Below the pieces are notes generated by a model that was not told where the DNA came from, made no database searches, and was given only the letters and a program-made list of their open reading frames with translations. A DNA stretch of 33,278 bases from Calditrichia bacterium (GTDB taxonomy: Bacteria > Calditrichota > Calditrichia > RBG-13-44-9): assembly GCA_037381445.1 (NCBI GenBank), contig JARRQT010000039.1:2041-35318 (forward strand), written 5' to 3'. Positions 27,253-33,278 of this stretch are shown here, in pieces (positions within the stretch are counted from its first letter, which is position 1; each line of letters begins with the position of its first letter). A program made the position numbers and the translations under genes.

Positions 27253-27906
27253 CTAGAAAGACGATTTATTTTCGATGGCAAATTCCAAAAGCTTGTTGTA
27301 TCCTTTAAGCCCCAATTTCCGGCAAATATGAGTGCGGTGGTTTTGGACGGTCCGAACGCTGACAAAAATCTCATCTGCAATCTCCCGGCTGGTCTTGTTC
27401 TCTGCGATCAGTCTCAGAACTTTTTTCTCCGTGGCGGTCAGCCGTTCCAGGGCCGGGTGTCTTCGGATCAGGGATTTGATCCGGTCATGCCGGTTAATCA
27501 GATAATGTGAGATTTGAGGACAGATATAATAGTGCCCCTCCTTCACCGCTTTCAGACAGTTCACTATTTCGGAAAGCGCCGTATCTTTCAGAAGATATCC
27601 CTTCACGCCCAATTTTATGGCAGCATCAAAATATTCCTCATCCTTGTACATGGTGAGAATGATAAAATCCACCCGCAGCTTTTCTTTTGCGGCACCGCTC
27701 AGGATATCCAGTCCGCTCATATTGGGTAGCGAGATGTCCAGCACCGCCATATCCGGCTTGTGCATTTTTATCAGCGGGATAACTTCCGCGCCGTCGCCGC
27801 TTTGGGCGGCAACTTTAAAGCAGGCATCCTGCTCAATTGTTTTTATTAACCCATGACGCACCACCGGGTGATCGTCCACCACAATAATTTTTATTTTATC
27901 ATCCAT
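27253..27906 (-). CDS. NarL/FixJ-family DNA-binding response regulator (REC + LuxR HTH)
   Basis: VVDDHPVVRHG, LDISLPNMSG, GYLLKD; LTATEKKVLRLIA...TSREIADEIFVSVRTVQNHR. Confidence 0.95.
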   Translation of the reverse strand: MDDKIKIIVVDDHPVVRHGLIKTIEQDACFKVAAQSGDGAEVIPLIKMHKPDMAVLDISLPNMSGLDILSGAAKEKLRVDFIILTMYKDEEYFDAAIKLGVKGYLLKDTALSEIVNCLKAVKEGHYYICPQISHYLINRHDRIKSLIRRHPALERLTATEKKVLRLIAENKTSREIADEIFVSVRTVQNHRTHICRKLGLKGYNKLLEFAIENKSSF

Positions 27907-28019
27907 TTCATACTCTTTTTAGATTTCCGGGCAAGACTGCAATATTAAAAATTAATATTCAACCATTTTTATCAAAAGCCACAATTTTATTAACACGCCA
28001 GGCGGCATATGGATTATTG

Positions 28020-29348
28020 TTATAATACTTTTTGAATTGGTACCGCCATATTTAGCTGCGTGCCATTTCCTTTATTGGAAGATATTTTGAAATCAGCCTT
28101 CAGCAGCCGGGCGCGCTCTGTCATGTCCGACATGCCGTAGCCGATTGGCTCCTTACCTGTTGACACGTCTTGCCGGAGATAAAATCCTTTCCCGTTATCC
28201 TTTATGACCACACAAATTTGGTCCGGTTTCCTGCTGATCTCGACTATCGCTTCGGATGCCCCCGAATGTTTTACAATGTTGTTCAGCGCTTCCTGAATAA
28301 TGCGGTAAAAGTGGATCTCAAGCGGCGGGGGAAGCACCTGATCGACATCATCTATCCTGCTGTCGAAACGGATGACAGTGGGGTGGGCGATCCTGTTTAT
28401 CGAGGATTGAATTGCCTTTGTCAAGCCCAGACGTTCCAACTGGTGGGGATGCAGGTTTTGGGCAATTTCCCGGGTTTCATCGATGGATTCCTGTATCAAT
28501 CCGCAAATTCGGCGCAGATCCTGTCTGCGGGATTTTCGGTTCTCAAGATATTGAGCAAGTTCGTTGCTGATGATGAGCAGATTCTGTCCCAGACTGTCAT
28601 GCAGCTCGGATGCAATGCGTTTGCGCTCCCGCTCCTGCGATTCAATCAGTTTTTGTGAGAATTGCTCCTGCTCCCGACGGGATTTCTCCAGTTCCTGATA
28701 TCGTTCCAGCAACGCATCATGCGCCTCGATCATCCCTCGAACCGCAGAACGTGCCGAGAGCGTCCACATCACTTTTTTCTGCAGCCAGGAAGGCGTTATC
28801 ATCGGACGCGAAAAAGCATTCTCATAAACCGCTCCCCGCGGTATCCATTCCATTTTTACATTTACGTCCAGATATCCTTTGAAACCCGGGACATAACGCA
28901 TTGCTCCCTTGACAAAAAGGAAATGCTCGCGACAAAATTCATAGTCATCCTTTACTCTCAGTGTGACTTTGAATCCATTGGGACCCATATCAGCCAACCG
29001 GAAGTCGATACAGGAAAAAAATTGGTTCCCCGCCCGCTGCAGCGCCGCCTGCGTCCAATGAAGCGATTTCCCCATATTGAAAAAAAGCCTGGTCATGATC
29101 GCCCAGGGTCGATAGAGAGGGCTTTTGGCCCATATCCAACCGATCTCTTCGAAATCATCATCAGAAAAGAGCGGCCGCAGGTTTTTCAATAACCGGCAAT
29201 ACACATGCCATTCAATACGTTCATTCTTATTTTGCAGGCATGCTGTCGGGTAAGGAATACCCTTCAGCCATATTTCAGGCGGCACCTCTTTATTTTTAAT
29301 CGCTTCCAATATGGGTGCAATTATCCTGCATGTCACTTCTTTCTCCAT
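28020..29348 (-). CDS. Soluble sensor histidine kinase (HisKA_3 / NarX-UhpB class)
   Basis: ERERKRIASELHDSLGQ H-box, YRIIQEALNNIVKHS, DNGKGF, GYGMSDM.ERA, GNGT; no clear transmembrane helix. Confidence 0.93.
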   Translation of the reverse strand: MEKEVTCRIIAPILEAIKNKEVPPEIWLKGIPYPTACLQNKNERIEWHVYCRLLKNLRPLFSDDDFEEIGWIWAKSPLYRPWAIMTRLFFNMGKSLHWTQAALQRAGNQFFSCIDFRLADMGPNGFKVTLRVKDDYEFCREHFLFVKGAMRYVPGFKGYLDVNVKMEWIPRGAVYENAFSRPMITPSWLQKKVMWTLSARSAVRGMIEAHDALLERYQELEKSRREQEQFSQKLIESQERERKRIASELHDSLGQNLLIISNELAQYLENRKSRRQDLRRICGLIQESIDETREIAQNLHPHQLERLGLTKAIQSSINRIAHPTVIRFDSRIDDVDQVLPPPLEIHFYRIIQEALNNIVKHSGASEAIVEISRKPDQICVVIKDNGKGFYLRQDVSTGKEPIGYGMSDMTERARLLKADFKISSNKGNGTQLNMAVPIQKVL

Positions 29349-29746
29349 CAGAGAAAAGACCTCCTGCTACAGATTACGGATATGAAATATTTTTGGGAAA
29401 ACATATCCACACATGCGAATTGAGACACAGCCTTTCTCATTTGAACTGTGCCGAGGCATTTCCGATTCCCAAAGTAAGGGAAAATCGCAGAGAAGGCCGG
29501 TAAAAAGCAAAAATGAGGATAAATAAGACGGCAGGAGGCAGAGAGGAAGGCGAGGCCCTCTGGTTATACGTGCAGGATGATTTTTATCCATACCGACCAC
29601 GGAAATTACCTTCTTTTTTTGCTCAAATCATTATTGAACAAATTTCCTTTCCGGCCGGCAGCGGTGTTACTTTTATCGGATCATCGTGCCATAAAATACA
29701 ATAATTTTATAGAATTGTCAATTTTATTCAACATAAACATATAGAA

Positions 29747-29776
29747 TTTACAAATCTCGATCGCAGATGGTATAAA
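29747..29776 (+). promoter_or_regulatory. Putative sigma70 promoter TTTACA-N18-TATAAA with extended -10 TG
   Basis: Near-consensus hexamers with TGG immediately before TATAAA, directly upstream of a GC-rich self-complementary block. Confidence 0.35.
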
Positions 29777-29786
29777 TTGAAGTTTC

Positions 29787-29958
29787 AGGGAGGGCGAAGA
29801 AAATGTTCAGAAGGGAATTGGAAACCAACAGTGAGGCAAATGCCGCTATGGATCAACGTTGCAAGGCGTACCGCCCGGGAACTCCCCTTTGCATCCCGGG
29901 TCCCGAAGGCCCGGAATGCTCTCAAATCCTCTCTCCCCAATTCTATCTATTATTTTAA
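29787..29958 (+). other. Self-complementary GC-rich element / 51-codon small ORF (29803-29958)
   Basis: GGGAGGG (SD-like) is complementary to TCTCTCCC near 29930. Internal hairpin GCATCCCGGG..CCCGGAATGC. The ORF reads MFRRELETNSEANAAMDQRCKAYRPGTPLCIPGPEGPECSQILSPQFYLLF. Confidence 0.25.
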
Positions 29959-30272
29959 GGCAAGCTTAACGGCAAATTAATGGTCGTTTTTAAACGCTCA
30001 ATAGGCGTTTATATCACGTGATAAAGATATATGCATAAAATATGAAAAGCAAGCACAATATTAACAGATTTTATAAATGGGTTTTTAAATCCCTCTGAAT
30101 ATCGGATATAGCTCAATATTACTGTACTTATGCTGAATGCCGCTGTTTATGGAACAGGTCATAAAACAATCATTTTGCCTTGAACATATGCGTATAAATA
30201 CACAAGATTATGCATTCTATGGCATGTAATTCCAGTCTTTTTATATAAAAAATTTTTTGGGAAAAATACCGC

Positions 30273-30324
30273 AAAAAGGAAGGGGGTAATCATGAGATGT
30301 TTTGAAAAATATCATGATTACCCC
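30273..30324 (-). terminator. Rho-independent terminator after the DUF5916 gene
   Basis: 13-bp perfect inverted repeat GGGGTAATCATGA (30283-30295) / TCATGATTACCCC (30312-30324), followed on the minus strand by CTTCCTTTTT. Confidence 0.7.
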
Positions 30325-30335
30325 GCCAATGCCAA

Positions 30336-32759
30336 TTATATGGAGCGGAAAAGATACTGAAATTTAATAAACAGGGTCTGATCGGTGGTCCGCATATCCG
30401 GCCAGTTCAGGTAAAAATTATTCTGCGCGCCGATATGTCCCCCCAGATAGAAGACGGAAAAGGCATTCATCTTGTAACTGAAAAGCGGCTCCAGGCTGAA
30501 ATACTTCTGACGGATGAGCTGTTCGTATGGCCCGCTGTAGTATTCCACCTGATTATACTCCCCGATCAGCCGGACCATCATGCTTTTATTGAACTGATAG
30601 GAAAAGCTATTCCTCCAGATGCGCTGTCCGCGTATCTTTTCCTGTCCCCACCCATTCCACAGGCTGAAGAACTGATATTCCAGCACATCATCGAATTTTG
30701 CCTGCGGTTTAAAAGTGACCGCCCAATTATAGGTGAGACTGGGGACAATGTCAAACGGGTTGCGGGGATTGCCCCGCACGCCAAGCCGGTTGATCTCTTT
30801 CCCTACGCGCATGAAAAAGTTGCCTGAAACAGCGTTCAGCGTGTTATTCTCCACATATATCCAGGCGCTGCGGGCATCGCCGAACTGCTTCCCGTATAAA
30901 TTTTCCCGGTTAAATATGAATGCCGAGGCGCTCACATTGGTTTGCTTATTGAGAAAGAAGACAATACTGGTCCGCAGTCCCGTATCTTTGACGATGCCGT
31001 CATAATTGTATTTGCGCCAGACGCTCATTCGCGGGCGGATTGCGGTAAAAACGGGATTCTGCTCGAAGCGGAAATAATATCCGGTGATGTATTCAAGCGC
31101 CCGGTAACTGTTGGAGGTAATGAATCCGTTATCGGCCCGGAAACCGGGAGAAAAATCCTGGAAGGCCAGGGTGGCGATCCAGTGCCGGGAATCGCGGTTC
31201 AGTTTCGCCCGCAGGAGTTTTCCGTAAAATGATTCGCCGTCAAAGGCGGCCGTTTTCATTCCGTTTCCTGCTTCGAAATATCCGCTGCCCATTTGCGATG
31301 ATAATTCGGGATCATTGGCTTCCCGGGTATGACTCAGGGCGGTGAGCAGCGAGAAATTATATTTGTCGGATAGGCGCACCGTGGCATCCAGTGAAGCCAC
31401 CGAGTTTTCACCGCTCCCTTCCGCCAGCCGGCGGTCCGTGAGGATGAAACCCACCGCCGAGCGGTTGCCCAGGTCATATTTCATGCGCAGCACATTGCTG
31501 TAGGAATTCCGGTCCGTGGAGAGCACCGCGCTTCTTTCCTCGAAAGGAATGACAAAAGGGGTATTGCGGTCATAGGCCGAGGTGTAGCCGAAACTTATCC
31601 GGCCCTTTCTGCCGGAGAGCTTGGCCGCCATCATGGGGTCGTTGATGCTGCGGGAATAAAAAAGATTGATGTACTGGTCAATGGCGATGCCGGCGGTGGA
31701 ATTGTAGTCCACCTGGTATACATCGCTTCCTTCCTGGAAAAAAGGCCGTTTTTCATTATAAAACAGCGCGAAGGGATTATTAATGCTGATCTGGCCGGCA
31801 TCCGATTCAATCTGGCTGAAATCCGGGTTGTAGGTAAAATCCGTTATCAGATTGGAGGAGAGGCTGTATTTCAGGCCGAACCCGAACCTGCTCTCCGGCT
31901 GCTGTGATTCCCACTGACCCACCGTTCCCTCCGCCGGATCCTGTATGCGGTAGCTTTGCTGAGTGGCGACGGCATAGGGCAGCACTTCCAAATTATTTGC
32001 CGGGGAGGAGCTGCGGGAAAGGGAAAACTGAATGGTGCCGGCCTGGCCCATCAGCGAGTTGTTGTTGGCGGAAATCGGCATCCATGAATACTTGTACTGA
32101 TTTTCCCGGGGGTAATTTCTGATAAAATGGATCCGCCAGTTTTGATTTTCATCGCTGGGAAATCGCAGGCTCTCAAATGGGATTTTCATTTCTGCCGTCC
32201 AGTAACCCTCGAAGATGGAGGCATCTCCCTGCCAGACCAGATCGAAACTCTCATCCTCGGTGCCGTTGGCCTGCCAGAGCCGGTCCCCCTGTATTCCCCG
32301 CGCATTGATGTAAAATTCATAGGCCTTCTGCTGGTCGTTGTAGGGATCGATACTCACACAAACCCAGTCGTCATTGTACATCTTGTCGCGGTCTGTTAGC
32401 GAGGCCCGCAGTTGTGAAATGTCGGGGTCCTGGCAGACGAAAGCGATATACAGGTTCTCCCGATCATAAGTCAGATAACCGCCCGTAACGACGTCCGGCC
32501 GCTTATTTTCGGACGGTTCAAACTCGGTGAAATTATCGAAACTGGCATTGGCGAACCAGGCGGAGTCGAGAATGCCGTCAACGGAAATGGGTTGATTAAT
32601 AAGAACCGGACGAAGCGTGGTAAGCGAATTGGGAATAAATTCCCCATGATATGTTTCAGAATTTAAAATGGAATTGATATCTGCCTTCGCATTTTCCCGT
32701 GGAAAAAGAAAGCAAATTATTCCTGCTGCCAAAAGAAAAACAGTAAATATACCTTTCAT
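30336..32759 (-). CDS. CBM9-like + DUF5916 domain outer-membrane protein
   Basis: PISVDGILDSAW, YDRENLYIAFVC.DP, WTAEMKIPFESLRF, NPDFSQIESD, FYNEKRPFFQEG, YSRSI; beta-strand C-terminus FIKFQYLF. Confidence 0.85.
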   Translation of the reverse strand: MKGIFTVFLLAAGIICFLFPRENAKADINSILNSETYHGEFIPNSLTTLRPVLINQPISVDGILDSAWFANASFDNFTEFEPSENKRPDVVTGGYLTYDRENLYIAFVCQDPDISQLRASLTDRDKMYNDDWVCVSIDPYNDQQKAYEFYINARGIQGDRLWQANGTEDESFDLVWQGDASIFEGYWTAEMKIPFESLRFPSDENQNWRIHFIRNYPRENQYKYSWMPISANNNSLMGQAGTIQFSLSRSSSPANNLEVLPYAVATQQSYRIQDPAEGTVGQWESQQPESRFGFGLKYSLSSNLITDFTYNPDFSQIESDAGQISINNPFALFYNEKRPFFQEGSDVYQVDYNSTAGIAIDQYINLFYSRSINDPMMAAKLSGRKGRISFGYTSAYDRNTPFVIPFEERSAVLSTDRNSYSNVLRMKYDLGNRSAVGFILTDRRLAEGSGENSVASLDATVRLSDKYNFSLLTALSHTREANDPELSSQMGSGYFEAGNGMKTAAFDGESFYGKLLRAKLNRDSRHWIATLAFQDFSPGFRADNGFITSNSYRALEYITGYYFRFEQNPVFTAIRPRMSVWRKYNYDGIVKDTGLRTSIVFFLNKQTNVSASAFIFNRENLYGKQFGDARSAWIYVENNTLNAVSGNFFMRVGKEINRLGVRGNPRNPFDIVPSLTYNWAVTFKPQAKFDDVLEYQFFSLWNGWGQEKIRGQRIWRNSFSYQFNKSMMVRLIGEYNQVEYYSGPYEQLIRQKYFSLEPLFSYKMNAFSVFYLGGHIGAQNNFYLNWPDMRTTDQTLFIKFQYLFRSI

Positions 32760-32978
32760 TGTGCTGCCTTTCTGTTTTGTTAACCCACAAAATTGCTTCA
32801 GAAATACGGAACAAAATCCGGAAAGTTGTGATAAATTTTACATGAAAATTAAATCTCCTTAATTTCATGCGCGGTATTTAACGGAGCTATGCATTAAGGT
32901 TCCCGGTCCCGGTCTGATAATTGAACCGGGCTGCCGGAAAAACGTATGCAAAGGAAACCGAAGCGAGAGAGAAATGAT

Positions 32979-33278
32979 ATGTCAAAAACCATCTTCATGA
33001 TTCACGGCATGTGGGGAACTCCCTGGTACTGGGAATATTACAGGAATTATTTTAAGGAAAAGGGATACCAGTTCCTAACACCCACCCTCCGCTATCATGA
33101 CATGAATCCCGGGGATTTACCGGATCCCCGGCTGGGAACAACCAGCCTGCTGGATTACGCGGCAGACCTGGAGCGGGAAATCGGGCAACTGGATGAGAAG
33201 CCCATTATTATGGGCCATTCCATGGGCGGGCTGCTGGCCCAGATGCTGGGGAGCAGGGGGCTGGGGCAGTCGCTGGTA
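32979..33278 (+). CDS. Alpha/beta-fold hydrolase (partial; runs off the window end)
   Basis: Not in the ORF track. Manual translation gives MSKTIFMIHGMWG...PIIMGHSMGGLLAQ, with an HG oxyanion motif and a GHSMG nucleophile elbow. Confidence 0.9.
   Translation, partial: MSKTIFMIHGMWGTPWYWEYYRNYFKEKGYQFLTPTLRYHDMNPGDLPDPRLGTTSLLDYAADLEREIGQLDEKPIIMGHSMGGLLAQMLGSRGLGQSLV

Noticed and set aside
29880..29925. Resemblance of CCGGGTCCCGAAGGCCCGG to a twister ribozyme core
   Set aside because: The downstream GAGGG pseudoknot partner and conserved cleavage-site context are missing.

Overview
Bacterial window, probably Calditrichota or a related FCB-type lineage (inferred from five proteins with QNYPNPFNP-type T9SS C-terminal domains; not verifiable here). 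The + strand (4-12825) holds three modules. The first is a tightly coupled run of a MobA-like gene, ECF-like membrane proteins, a TonB-dependent receptor and a P-loop NTPase. The second is a SigZ-type ECF sigma factor followed by a Cys-rich SAM methyltransferase with an ECF-like promoter. The third, and most notable, is a six-gene multiheme cytochrome cluster: NHL propeller (5' end disrupted), a 12-heme cytochrome with an OmcE-like N-terminal domain, a stand-alone tetraheme cytochrome resembling the Geobacter nanowire subunit OmcE, a second NHL propeller, a pentaheme lipoprotein and a large outer-membrane beta-barrel. It is a candidate cytochrome-nanowire / extracellular electron transfer system outside Geobacter. 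The - strand (12895-32759) carries five T9SS cargo genes (double FG-GAP propeller, Kelch protein, secreted AGE-family epimerase with altered active-site motifs, beta-helix protein, papain-like protease), a NarL-type two-component set and a CBM9-like/DUF5916 protein. A partial alpha/beta hydrolase ends the window. No rRNA, tRNA, CRISPR array or mobile element was recognised. All homology calls come from motif recognition and recall, not database searches.
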